Source: a virus
Taxonomy: Duplodnaviria; Caudoviricetes
IMG/VR virus record: IMGVR_UViG_3300025724_000001
Coordinates: 1 to 64,000 of that record
Reading direction: 5' to 3' (one strand)
Length of the DNA stretch: 64,000 bases
The position numbers and the translations under genes are program-made. Shown one piece after another: positions 16,674-26,849 of this stretch (position 1 is the first letter of the stretch; the number at the start of each line of letters is the position of its first letter). The notes below the pieces were generated by a model. The model did not search any database, was not told the DNA's origin, and saw only the letters and a list, made by a program, of their open reading frames with translations.

Positions 16674-17162
16674 ATGGCTGACTTATTAATGAAGATGCCC
16701 GTACCTTACGAGCCTAAAAGAAAAAATAGATTTATTTTAAGATTTCCTTCAAGTTTAGGAATTAATGAATGGTATGTGTTTTCTGCTAATAGACCTAGTA
16801 TGAAAATTAACTCTACTGAAATCCAATTTTTAAATACATCAACTTATGTTGCAGGTAGATTTGTATGGGATGAATTACGTGTTCAATTTAGAGATCCGAT
16901 TGGTCCTTCAGCATCACAGGCGTTAATGGAATGGGTACGTTTACATGCAGAATCTGTTACGGGGAGAATGGGGTATTCTTGTGGCTATAAAAAAGACATA
17001 GAGTTAGATATGTTAGATCCAACAGGAGTTGTTGTTGAAAAATGGATACTTCAAGGAACATTTTTAACTAATATAAATTTTGGTGATCTTGATTATTCAA
17101 GAGATGATATAGCAACTATTGAATGTAGTTTACGAATGGATCGTTGTATACAAGTATATTAA
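16674..17162 (+). CDS. Tail tube protein (gp19-like)
   Basis: YEPKRKNRF, YVAGRFVWDEL, EW, YKKDIEL.MLDPTG.VVEKW.LQG.F and FGDLDYS motifs; follows the sheath gene. Confidence 0.92.
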   Translation: MADLLMKMPVPYEPKRKNRFILRFPSSLGINEWYVFSANRPSMKINSTEIQFLNTSTYVAGRFVWDELRVQFRDPIGPSASQALMEWVRLHAESVTGRMGYSCGYKKDIELDMLDPTGVVVEKWILQGTFLTNINFGDLDYSRDDIATIECSLRMDRCIQVY

Positions 17163-17180
17163 AATAATTCTCGTATATCC

Positions 17181-17236
17181 TTGACATCCTAAAAAAAAAT
17201 CCATATTTTTACGAAAATGTAAATATATGGATTTTT
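17181..17236 (+). promoter_or_regulatory. Promoter (TTGACA-N17-TATTTT) overlapping an 18-bp hairpin that covers the endonuclease start codon
   Basis: TTGACA at 17181-86 and TATTTT at 17204-09. Inverted repeat 17195-17212 / 17219-17236 (17 of 18 pairs) includes ATG 17227. Confidence 0.7.
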
Positions 17237-18810
17237 CATTTTTCACAACAGATAATAAATCTGGTTATAAAACCAACGAAAAATGGTTAAAACATCACCA
17301 GCCAGAATTATATAATAAAATTATAAATTATTCTAAAGAATTTAAATATGATTTAAGTTTTAAAGAAAAAATATGGTTTTATTTTAATAATTTAACCGAA
17401 CGTCCAAAATGTAAAACATGTGGAAAAGAAATTAAATTTAGGGAAAGATTTGATAAACCATATGGTGATTTTTGTTCATTAAATTGTATTAATAATAATA
17501 AAAATGAAATGATTAAAAGGCAAAAGGCAACATTTCAACGAAAATATAATGTTGATTTTTATCCTGAACATGAAGATTTCATTAAAAAACAACGAAAAAC
17601 AAAATTAGAAAAATATGGGAATGAAAATTATAATAATCCAAAAAAAATGGCCAAAACAAAATTAATTAAATATGGTTCTCAAAAATATTGTAATCATAAA
17701 AAATATATTGAAACTTGTAAAGAAAAATATGGTGTGGAAAATTTTTCAAAATCAAATGAATATAAAGATATTATTGATAAAAAATTTCGAAACATATATC
17801 CAGATATTAATATTGTTAAAATAACAAAAAATAAGGTTAAAATTAAATGTAATTTGTGTAATAGAATAATTGAAATTGAAAAGCATTTATTACACGGAAG
17901 AGTAAAATATAATCAAATTATATGTCCTGAATGTAATCCAATAGGTCAAAGTCAAAAAAGTAGTCATGAAAATGATTTGTCTAATTTCCTTAATGGTTTG
18001 TCAATAAAATACATATCATCTGATAGAAGCTTATTAAATAGACAGGAATTAGATATTTTGATACCAGATTATAAATTGGCAATAGAATTTGATGGTTTAT
18101 ATTGGCATAATGAATTATTTGTACCATCAGATTATCATTTAAAAAAAACTATTAGATGTCAAGAAAAAAATGTTGATTTAATTCATGTTTTTGAAGATGA
18201 ATGGCTATTTAAAAAAGAAATTGTTGAATCAATAATCAAAAATAGACTGGGTAAACTAGATGATAATATTTTTGCTGAAAAATGTGAAATTAAAGAAATC
18301 GATTCAAATACATGTAAGGATTTTCTTATTAATAATCATATTCAAGGAAATGTTAATTCCAAAATTAAAATTGGTTTATATTATAAAAATGATTTGGTTT
18401 CTGTTATGACTTTTTCAAAAGGCAGAATTGTTGTTGGTGGTAAAAATAATGAATGGAAATTGACGAGATTTTGTAACAAAATTAACGTCAATGTTATTGG
18501 TGGTGCTAGTAAATTATTTAATTATTTTCTTAAAACATATTCTCCCACAAAAATTATTTCTTATTCTGATATTAGATTATTTAATGGTAGTTTATATGAA
18601 AAATTGGGTTTCAAAAGAAAATCTCAATCAAAACCAAATTATTGGTATGTAATAAATAATCAAAGATATCATAGATTTAATTTTAGAAAATCAATACTAG
18701 TTAAAGAAGGTTATGATAAAAATAAAACAGAAAGGGATATTATGTTTAATAGGAAAATATATAGAATTTATGATTGTGGACACATTAAATGGGAATTTAA
18801 TGTACTTTAA
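17227..18810 (+). CDS. Free-standing homing endonuclease-like protein (Zn fingers, KYG repeats, Vsr/DUF559-like nuclease, GNAT/Mom-like C-terminal domain)
   Basis: CKTCG...FCSLNC, KYG repeats, CNLC/CPEC, ELDILIPDYKLAIEFDGLYWH...IHVFEDEW. C-terminal NHIQG...LTRFC...GGASKL...ISYSD...YEKLGF. More AT-rich than its neighbours. Confidence 0.75.
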   Translation: MDFSFFTTDNKSGYKTNEKWLKHHQPELYNKIINYSKEFKYDLSFKEKIWFYFNNLTERPKCKTCGKEIKFRERFDKPYGDFCSLNCINNNKNEMIKRQKATFQRKYNVDFYPEHEDFIKKQRKTKLEKYGNENYNNPKKMAKTKLIKYGSQKYCNHKKYIETCKEKYGVENFSKSNEYKDIIDKKFRNIYPDINIVKITKNKVKIKCNLCNRIIEIEKHLLHGRVKYNQIICPECNPIGQSQKSSHENDLSNFLNGLSIKYISSDRSLLNRQELDILIPDYKLAIEFDGLYWHNELFVPSDYHLKKTIRCQEKNVDLIHVFEDEWLFKKEIVESIIKNRLGKLDDNIFAEKCEIKEIDSNTCKDFLINNHIQGNVNSKIKIGLYYKNDLVSVMTFSKGRIVVGGKNNEWKLTRFCNKINVNVIGGASKLFNYFLKTYSPTKIISYSDIRLFNGSLYEKLGFKRKSQSKPNYWYVINNQRYHRFNFRKSILVKEGYDKNKTERDIMFNRKIYRIYDCGHIKWEFNVL

Positions 18811-18851
18811 TAAAAATTTTTCGTATAATATTTATAAAAAAAATAAAGTAA

Positions 18852-19604
18852 ATGAGTGAATTTAAGATTGATCCATCGATAGCATATGATGTCGTGGAAT
18901 TACCAAGTGGGGGTATACATTACAGTAATGGAAAAAAATCTGTTAGAGTTGCATATTTAACTGCGGCCGATGAAAATATTTTATCATCACCAAATTTAAT
19001 TGCTTCGAATAAAATTATCAATGAACTTCTAAAAAGAAAAGTTTTGGATAAAGATCTCCCAGTTGAAGAAATTGTTCAAGAAGATAAACAGGCTATTTTA
19101 ATATTTTTAAGAAATACTGCTTTTGGTTCAGAATATAATATGAATTTAATGGATCCAAAAACAGAAGAGAAATTTACAGTTATGGTAGATCTTTCCCGGT
19201 TAAAAGTAAAAGAATTTACATTAATTCCGGACCAGAATGGTGAATATCCTTATTTTATGAAAAAAAGTGGTGTTAATATCACTTTCAAGTTTTTGACACA
19301 AAAACAGGAAGACGAACTTCAAAAAATTGAGGAAACTTGGAATGGTGAGGGCGTTGCCCCAATAATGACAAAGCGTCTTGAATTTATGATTAAATCTATA
19401 AATGGTAATAGAAGTCAAATGGAAATTCATAATTTCATCGAATATAAGATGCCGATTAAAGATTCTCAGGATTTTCGAAAATATGTTTCAGAAAATAAAC
19501 CAGGTTTAGATTTATCACAAAAAGTAACGACCCCGTCAGGAGATGAAATCCAAGTTGATATTGGATTTGGGGTAGAATTTTTTCGCCCTTTCTACGGATT
19601 ATAG
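18852..19604 (+). CDS. Tail/baseplate-hub assembly chaperone (T4 gp26-like)
   Basis: ELPSGG.HY, LTAADENIL and D..AILIFLR..AFG..Y motifs; C-terminal FF.P; lies between tube and tape measure. Confidence 0.75.
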   Translation: MSEFKIDPSIAYDVVELPSGGIHYSNGKKSVRVAYLTAADENILSSPNLIASNKIINELLKRKVLDKDLPVEEIVQEDKQAILIFLRNTAFGSEYNMNLMDPKTEEKFTVMVDLSRLKVKEFTLIPDQNGEYPYFMKKSGVNITFKFLTQKQEDELQKIEETWNGEGVAPIMTKRLEFMIKSINGNRSQMEIHNFIEYKMPIKDSQDFRKYVSENKPGLDLSQKVTTPSGDEIQVDIGFGVEFFRPFYGL

Positions 19605-19737
19605 AAAAGGTCAATTAAATGAAATTTTATTTTTAGTTTATCGAGGTTTTTCATATTCTGATGTTATTGGTATGCCGATATACATAAGAAGATATTTAAT
19701 TCAGCATATTCAAGAAATAGAAAGTAAAAATAAATAA
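19576..19737 (+). CDS. Start-less gp51-like ORF, probably the frameshifted extension of the chaperone
   Basis: The +1 frame is open from 19576 to TAA 19735-37 and reads FALSTDYRKGQLNEILFLVYRGFSYSDVIGMPIYIRRYLIQHIQEIESKNK. There is no start codon before codon 33. Confidence 0.7.
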   Translation, partial: NFFALSTDYRKGQLNEILFLVYRGFSYSDVIGMPIYIRRYLIQHIQEIESKNK

Positions 19738-19754
19738 TTATCTATTTATAGGAT

Positions 19755-21668
19755 ATGGCAATTGGTCTCACAATAGAACAAGCAATACTCGACTCAAAGG
19801 GTGATTATATTAGATTGATGAAGTTATGGAATACTGCACATCCAGACGATATGATCACGGAGGATACTGCAAAAAGTTTATCACGGTTATATTCTGGTTT
19901 AAATAAACAAAGATTTCCAAATAGAAGTAGTGGTGGTAGTAGTGGAGGAAGACCAACAACTGTGGAAGGATGGATTGAAAGATTTGTTTCGACACAATTA
20001 CGAGAAAGGCCGGGTGAAAAAGGTGAATTTATTGATGTTCAAGACGCTCTTCAAACATTTTTTGACGAAAGTGGAAGATTTCGTGGAATACGTGGTGCTG
20101 GTGCAGAACTTGGTCGAAGATTGATACTTGATCAGGTAAATGTTTATTTAGAAGAGCAGGCTAGTCTTTTACGGAAAATAAATGAAGAAGCCGGTATGAC
20201 GGGTACTTTATCACGTTCATTTCGTGAAGAGATCATGGCCGCTTCTCCCGAAGCAATAAAATTGGGTATAAGCTTTGAGGAATTATCAGATTCAGTAACT
20301 GAAACTGTAGCACAATCAGGAAAATTTAAACTACTTAGCAAAGACACAATAGCAGAAATGGCTTTAGCTAGTAAATTCACAAGAGATATGAAGGAATTTG
20401 CTGGTATGGCGAAGGATTTTGAAAGGGTTGGTTATGGTGTTTTAGATATGTCTAAGATGATTGAAAGAATGGGTTTAAATTCGTTAACATTAGGATTAAA
20501 TGCCAGAGAAACAACTGCGGGTATTGACAAATATTTGGAAAAATTAAATCAATATGGTTTTAGAAATGGTGTTGAAGGATTAAATAGAATGGTTCAACGT
20601 TCCATTGAATTTAGGATGAATATGGAAAATGTCTTTAATCTAGCTGAAAAGGTTTGGGATCCAGATGGTGCGTTGGAAATTGTTGCTAATTTACAAATGA
20701 TTGGTGGTGCATATGGTGATTTAAATGATCCAATTCGAATGATGTATATGGCAACAAATGATGTTGAGGGGTTGCAAACAGCAATTATTGGTGCTGCAAG
20801 ATCATTAGTTACGTATAATGCAGAGCAAGGACGATTTGAAGTTACTGGTGCTAATTTAAGAAGAGCAAAAGAAATGGCCGAACTTTTTGGTATGTCGATG
20901 GAAGAATTGACAAGTACTGGAATTGCTGGTATGGAAAGGTTGCAAGCATCTACAGATTTAGCATTAGCCGGATTAGTTATGGAAGATGATGAAAAAGAAT
21001 TCATAACCAACCTTGCTCAAATGAAGGGTGGTAGAATGGTTATTGAAGTTCCAAAAGATATGAGAGAACAGATGGGACTAGACATGGGAGAAACCACATT
21101 GGAATTGTCTAAAATGAATGAACTTCAAAAAGATATCTTATTACAGGAGCAAGAACGATTCAAAGAAATGGATATGAAAGACATTGCAAGACAACAAGTC
21201 ACAATGATTGAAAATATTAGTCGGGATCTTTCTTATCTTGTTGCAGTTGCAAGGGTTGGTGTTGGTGAAACTATTCACGCTGCTATTGAAAGATATTTGG
21301 GTGTTAATTCACAAACAGTTAGTGGTGTTAGTGATAGATTTGCGATGAAAGGTGGTGAATGGATTGAAAATAAAACTGATTTTTTGGAGGGTGCTATAAA
21401 AAATAGTAATCTACCCGATTGGTTGAAATTACCAAAAAATAGGGGGGTTAGTAGTGTTGAAGAACAACGACCATTACCTGTAACCACAACTAGCACAACG
21501 CCAGTTACTAAAGTAAATGAAGGTGTAGAAGAACTAATAACAAAGAGAGTTATAGTTGATGTGAATCTTAATTCAAATTCACCATTAACCGATCCATTAC
21601 GAAGAATGTTATTTAGTGATCCTGAATATATGAGAGATTTCAGTAAAAGTTTTTTAAGTATAAAATAA
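19755..21668 (+). CDS. Tape-measure-like protein (637 aa)
   Basis: Helical, A/G/E/M-rich composition; position right after the chaperone; TATTTATA at 19743-50. Confidence 0.6.
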   Translation: MAIGLTIEQAILDSKGDYIRLMKLWNTAHPDDMITEDTAKSLSRLYSGLNKQRFPNRSSGGSSGGRPTTVEGWIERFVSTQLRERPGEKGEFIDVQDALQTFFDESGRFRGIRGAGAELGRRLILDQVNVYLEEQASLLRKINEEAGMTGTLSRSFREEIMAASPEAIKLGISFEELSDSVTETVAQSGKFKLLSKDTIAEMALASKFTRDMKEFAGMAKDFERVGYGVLDMSKMIERMGLNSLTLGLNARETTAGIDKYLEKLNQYGFRNGVEGLNRMVQRSIEFRMNMENVFNLAEKVWDPDGALEIVANLQMIGGAYGDLNDPIRMMYMATNDVEGLQTAIIGAARSLVTYNAEQGRFEVTGANLRRAKEMAELFGMSMEELTSTGIAGMERLQASTDLALAGLVMEDDEKEFITNLAQMKGGRMVIEVPKDMREQMGLDMGETTLELSKMNELQKDILLQEQERFKEMDMKDIARQQVTMIENISRDLSYLVAVARVGVGETIHAAIERYLGVNSQTVSGVSDRFAMKGGEWIENKTDFLEGAIKNSNLPDWLKLPKNRGVSSVEEQRPLPVTTTSTTPVTKVNEGVEELITKRVIVDVNLNSNSPLTDPLRRMLFSDPEYMRDFSKSFLSIK

Positions 21669-21703
21669 TTTCATTGGCTCATATTTATTATTAAAATAAT
21701 GAT

Positions 21704-24700
21704 ATGCCAAGTTATGTTGACTTTAATGCAAGTAAAAAATTTAGAGATTTTATATTAGCAAAAACTTTACCATCACCAAATGGACCACAAACATTCAGTA
21801 GTGAAAATTATGCTATTCATAATTTGAGTACAATGTCAAATGTTGATCCGGGTGCAGTTGACACTAATAGGCAAAATGATTTATTACGAACACAGAATTC
21901 CAATATTTTTAAACCTACCGAATATTTCATAAATGAAAATATTAATACTATTCCACGAAAAGCAAATTTAGAGTTATATCCGTATTTTGTTAAAGGACAA
22001 CATCATAGTTTTGTTAGTATTATGTCGTCAAAAAATTATGAAACTGAATCTGAATTAATGAAATTTGCGGCATGGAATATTAAAGATAACCCCGAAGGAC
22101 CGGTTTTTTCAAGAATTGCACAAAATTTATATAGCGCAACTGTTGGACGTGTAAGATTAATAGATGCGTTGGATGGTAATATAGCGACAGCAACAAATCT
22201 TGTTACAGGAAGAGAACCTTTAATTGAATTTAATTCAAAAATAACCGTCGCAAAAACATTACCTGGTAAAACCATTGATTTTTTACAAACAGTTAGTGGT
22301 GTTGAATTTCCGTGGGCTGAAATTCCTGGGGATTATTTGACGAACCCACAGAATCCGATTAATCCAAGACCATCAACTAGAAGTGAAGCTGTTTCAATAT
22401 ATCAAGATGCGACCGGAGTGTTAGGCTCGTTAATTGGTATTCAAAGACGGCCAATTTCATCTAGAAAGCCATCAGATTTACTTATTGAATATACTGGAAG
22501 TAGACAATTATCTATTTTATATGATAATTTATCATATTCAAAATATGCACCGAATTACACCACAACTGCCAGGTCTCAAAATACATCAAAACTTTTTAAT
22601 TTTATTGATAATGTTGGACAAAATATTAAAAACGCATTGGGTGTTGAAGCACCCGCTGGTATCGCTTATATTGGTGATGATAGAGGTAATGATGTAAAAT
22701 TTGCGATGAACGATTTTAATGATAGACCAGTAAGAAGTGGTTATTATCTGTCATTAATGTTTGACCCTATTCAAGCAAGATTATTTCAAAGAACAAAAAA
22801 TATTGGTGAGGGTGGTAGTATTAGTGGAAATTTAACATGGTATACAACGAAATCACGAAATAGATTGGGTGTTGGTAATGATGAATATAACACACAGGGA
22901 TCACAATTTGAAGATTCGTTATCAACAAATTATAAATTTAAGGATGGATCAATTTTAGGTATAACACAAGAAATACTTGAAACAATGCCGTTAGAAGGTG
23001 GACCCGCAAGATCTCACATTGCAAATGTTATTGATCAAACAAGTCGTGTGTTTATGGATGGTGATGTTAAAATGTCAAAAGGTTCGGCAATTAGATATAT
23101 TGACCAGTTTACTAATTCTGAAAGTGGTATTGAATATTGTAGGGTCTGGACAAAAGATAGATCATATATGAATTATTCTGACACCATGAAACGGACTGGT
23201 AATTATAGAAAATTAAAAAGCAGTGTTTTAACGAGACCATGGAATTTAAATATATATCCAAATTCAAATGGAAATGGTTCATTTGATACCACATCAGAAC
23301 AATGGGGTAAAAGTATTGGGGCACAGGGTTTTTATGCGAAAAAATATATGTTTTCTATTGAAAATCTTGCGTGGAAAATGTCGGATACACCGGGTTTTAC
23401 ATATAGTGATTTACCATATTGTGAAAGAGGACCAAATGGTGGAAGAATTATGTGGTTTCCACCTTATGGTTTAACAGTTAATGAGCAAAATTCAGCAAAC
23501 TGGACGGATAATGTTTTTCTGGGAAGGCCAGAACCAGTTTACACATATTCAAACACACAGAGATCGGGACAAGTTCAGTTTAAAGTTGTTGTTGATCATC
23601 CAAGTATATTAAATCTTTTAACACAAAAACATTTTAAAAATATGTCAAATGATGAAGCTGATAATTATATCAATGCTTTTTTTGCTGGTTGTAAAGATTT
23701 TGATTTATATGATTTGGTAAGAAATTATCCAACATTGACACCTGATGAACTTGAAACAATCATGGCATATTTGAATCAAAATAAAGATCCGAAGACAGTT
23801 TTACGTAATAAATCGGTATTTAATGAAATTGTGACTGATGTACCGACGCCCGTAAAAGAAGCCGAGATTAAACCCAAAGAGAATATTATGGGTAATTTCG
23901 TTTTATATTATAAAAATGATTTTCCAAAACCAAATGCGAATGTGCTACCTGGATTGTTATATACACCAAGCACATATAATGAGTTATATGATAACTATAT
24001 TGGAAGTAAAGACAAATATATAAAAGATTTAAATGATGGTTTAAGATTTTTAACTGGCAAAACAACATGGGGAATGAATGAAAAGCACGATTTTAGTGTT
24101 TTATCTAGAGGTATTGAAGTAACACAAAAACCAACAGATGATGTTTTAAATGAATTGGTTTTAGAAGTTAATAATGACATTGAAAAAGGTTTTAGTGTGT
24201 TACAAGATAATTATTCGTCGTATTGTCAGTATTTAGACAATGTTAAGACACAATTATTAGATAATACGATAGATAGTTTTGAGATTTTACTAAAATCAAG
24301 GACATCACCTATTGCAAATTCAGATTATAATTTGCGGCTTGCGTATCGAAGAAGTTATAGTATAATTAAGGATATTATAAAAAAATTAATTAACGATGGG
24401 GCTGATGTGAATGTTGCCATCGATGCAGTTCAATGGAAAATTAATGTGACAAATCAGGTGATTGAAACAGAACGAGATATTATACTCAGTTTTAAAGAAC
24501 ACCTTGGTTATCCTAATGATGGAAGATTAGTTTTTTCACTTATTATTAATCAAGGAGAACAAAATATTGATGATAACACACTTGACTGTTCTGATGCTAA
24601 ATTATTATTAACATCGTCACAATTAAAAGAAACGGCGCCATCGACATTCTGGTGTAGGCAAACACATGTTGCTATGGGATATGTTAAGAGAGAACAGTTG

Positions 24701-26512
24701 ACCACGTCTGTTGATGAAATAAAATCACAAGATTTGGCAATATCACAACCAACAACATTAATGACAGAACGTAAACTCGTTGAGGTTGAACATGATGTCC
24801 CAACAGGTAATAAACAAAGACCACCAATTGATGCTATAAAATCATTGATAATGAAATCGTTATCAGAATGTTATTATTTTAAACAATTAGAAGAGGAGTC
24901 ACCGTTACAATTTTCATCATTGAGAGAAAAATTAAGATATTTCCATCCTACTTTTCATTCAATGACACCAGAAGGATTAAATGCCAGATTAACATTTTTA
25001 CAACAATGTGTGAGGCCTGGTGATACGTTACCAATTAGGGGGATATCTGATGAAAGTGATTTAAATGCTAGGAATACCACATTTGGTCCTCCACCAGTAT
25101 GTATATTACGAATCGGAGATTTTTATCATTCCAAAATTATAATTCGAGACGTTAATATTTCATTTGAAGAAAATATTTGGGATTTAAATCCGGAAGGTAT
25201 TGGGGTGCAACCAATGATAGCTGATGTTACATTAATGATTAGTTTTATTGGTGGACAGGGATTAGAAAGACCTGTTGAAAGATTACAAAATGCACTTTCA
25301 TCTAATTTCTATGCAAATACTGAAATGTATGACCCACGGTCAATATCGACAGAAGATAGAACTGAATTTTATAAACAAGAATTTTCTAAAGAATTTTTGG
25401 ATGAACTTAGTAGAAATGCGGGGATTTCGGTTAAACCGGATCCGTTAGATAAAATTACAGATACTAATTTATTAACGGAAGGACAATATATTGGGACATT
25501 ATCTGATATGTCACTTGACTATACTGAAATAATTGATGGACTTTATGATGCTATAACTAATTATTTTAATCGATATCAAAATGTCTATAATATTATAACA
25601 ACAAAATATGGACATAAATTATCGTCAATATTTTTGTCACCAACATATAGACAAATATTTCAGTATGAAGTACAAACCGGCAACGGGATAGATTCATTTG
25701 AAATGTTAGGTAATTATCCTAAAAATAAGGAGTTAGACGTAATAACACTGGATTTTATAACAACATTTGATAATCAAATTAGTGGAGAAAATATTAGTAA
25801 TATTTTGGGTTTACATAAAGACATGCCGGGTTCATTATTAGAAAGAACTGAAATGATTATCAAACCATACATTATAAATAACATTAAAAATTTTGTTGAA
25901 ACGATGGTTTCAGATACGAAATCCATCTTATCGCTTGAAGAAAGTAGGAATAGAATAATTATGTTGTTAGATAAATTAAATTTTATTTTAAAACATCAAC
26001 AGGATGCGAAAAAAGTTGATAATAAATTTATGGGGGCAATTCTGAATGTTGGTGATGTTTCTGAGATTTACTATGAATATCAAAATTTAATATATTTCAT
26101 ACAAAATCAACAACATAAGTTTACTGAAGATTTAGATATTAGTTATGATTTTAGAAGTAAGACTATGACAACAAATGATGTTTCATATTTTCTTTCAATC
26201 TTTTTGAGAGAAAGAAAAAATGAAATAATGAAATTGTTCGACTCAAATTCGGTTTTCACAGATAAAATAAAAGAAAACATTGATAAACGATTAGATAAGT
26301 TTTTCTTAAAAATGCCGAAAGAAAAGAATTTCAAAATTCCAGAATATCCAATTAGGGTAAATGGGAATAACATATTATATAAAATTAATGATGAGGTTGA
26401 AATTAATGATACTTCAATACAACAAGAGCTAATATTAGTTAATAAAACAAGAAAAAATGATGTGGAGAGTATATTAAATTATTATCGTCCATCTTTTGGA
26501 TTATCGGGATAA
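21704..26512 (+). CDS. Large baseplate/tube-initiation protein with an inserted OmpA-C-like domain
   Basis: The segments W....FLGRPEPVYTYSNTQR and PPVCILRIGDFYHSKIII.DV.ISFE...WD resemble tube-initiator proteins. Internal SRTSP...DYNLRLAYRR. Confidence 0.55.
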   Translation: MPSYVDFNASKKFRDFILAKTLPSPNGPQTFSSENYAIHNLSTMSNVDPGAVDTNRQNDLLRTQNSNIFKPTEYFINENINTIPRKANLELYPYFVKGQHHSFVSIMSSKNYETESELMKFAAWNIKDNPEGPVFSRIAQNLYSATVGRVRLIDALDGNIATATNLVTGREPLIEFNSKITVAKTLPGKTIDFLQTVSGVEFPWAEIPGDYLTNPQNPINPRPSTRSEAVSIYQDATGVLGSLIGIQRRPISSRKPSDLLIEYTGSRQLSILYDNLSYSKYAPNYTTTARSQNTSKLFNFIDNVGQNIKNALGVEAPAGIAYIGDDRGNDVKFAMNDFNDRPVRSGYYLSLMFDPIQARLFQRTKNIGEGGSISGNLTWYTTKSRNRLGVGNDEYNTQGSQFEDSLSTNYKFKDGSILGITQEILETMPLEGGPARSHIANVIDQTSRVFMDGDVKMSKGSAIRYIDQFTNSESGIEYCRVWTKDRSYMNYSDTMKRTGNYRKLKSSVLTRPWNLNIYPNSNGNGSFDTTSEQWGKSIGAQGFYAKKYMFSIENLAWKMSDTPGFTYSDLPYCERGPNGGRIMWFPPYGLTVNEQNSANWTDNVFLGRPEPVYTYSNTQRSGQVQFKVVVDHPSILNLLTQKHFKNMSNDEADNYINAFFAGCKDFDLYDLVRNYPTLTPDELETIMAYLNQNKDPKTVLRNKSVFNEIVTDVPTPVKEAEIKPKENIMGNFVLYYKNDFPKPNANVLPGLLYTPSTYNELYDNYIGSKDKYIKDLNDGLRFLTGKTTWGMNEKHDFSVLSRGIEVTQKPTDDVLNELVLEVNNDIEKGFSVLQDNYSSYCQYLDNVKTQLLDNTIDSFEILLKSRTSPIANSDYNLRLAYRRSYSIIKDIIKKLINDGADVNVAIDAVQWKINVTNQVIETERDIILSFKEHLGYPNDGRLVFSLIINQGEQNIDDNTLDCSDAKLLLTSSQLKETAPSTFWCRQTHVAMGYVKREQLTTSVDEIKSQDLAISQPTTLMTERKLVEVEHDVPTGNKQRPPIDAIKSLIMKSLSECYYFKQLEEESPLQFSSLREKLRYFHPTFHSMTPEGLNARLTFLQQCVRPGDTLPIRGISDESDLNARNTTFGPPPVCILRIGDFYHSKIIIRDVNISFEENIWDLNPEGIGVQPMIADVTLMISFIGGQGLERPVERLQNALSSNFYANTEMYDPRSISTEDRTEFYKQEFSKEFLDELSRNAGISVKPDPLDKITDTNLLTEGQYIGTLSDMSLDYTEIIDGLYDAITNYFNRYQNVYNIITTKYGHKLSSIFLSPTYRQIFQYEVQTGNGIDSFEMLGNYPKNKELDVITLDFITTFDNQISGENISNILGLHKDMPGSLLERTEMIIKPYIINNIKNFVETMVSDTKSILSLEESRNRIIMLLDKLNFILKHQQDAKKVDNKFMGAILNVGDVSEIYYEYQNLIYFIQNQQHKFTEDLDISYDFRSKTMTTNDVSYFLSIFLRERKNEIMKLFDSNSVFTDKIKENIDKRLDKFFLKMPKEKNFKIPEYPIRVNGNNILYKINDEVEINDTSIQQELILVNKTRKNDVESILNYYRPSFGLSG

Positions 26513-26525
26513 AATAGTAAAAATA

Positions 26526-26849
26526 ATGAATAACCAATATTTTGATAGATATCAGTATTTTTTTGATGACGGAAAACATAAGATTGTGCCGGGTATTGAA
26601 ATTCCCATTAAACCGACAGATAAATATATTGAATTTAAACGTAACAAGGATAGATTAGATAAATTATCTCAAGAATATTATAATTCACCTTTATTCGGCT
26701 GGTTGATACTGTTGGCAAATCCAACATGTGGTGGGATTGAATTTACAATACCGGATCATTTTATATTGAGAATACCATATCCACTTATTCCGTCTTTACA
26801 AGATTATAGGAAAAGTATAGATTTGTATAGATTATATTATGGCGAATAA
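26526..26849 (+). CDS. LysM-like baseplate wedge protein (gp53/gpX-like)
   Basis: DRLDKLSQEYYNSPLFGWLILLANP...LRIP motif; start re-called at ATG 26526. Confidence 0.75.
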   Translation: MNNQYFDRYQYFFDDGKHKIVPGIEIPIKPTDKYIEFKRNKDRLDKLSQEYYNSPLFGWLILLANPTCGGIEFTIPDHFILRIPYPLIPSLQDYRKSIDLYRLYYGE

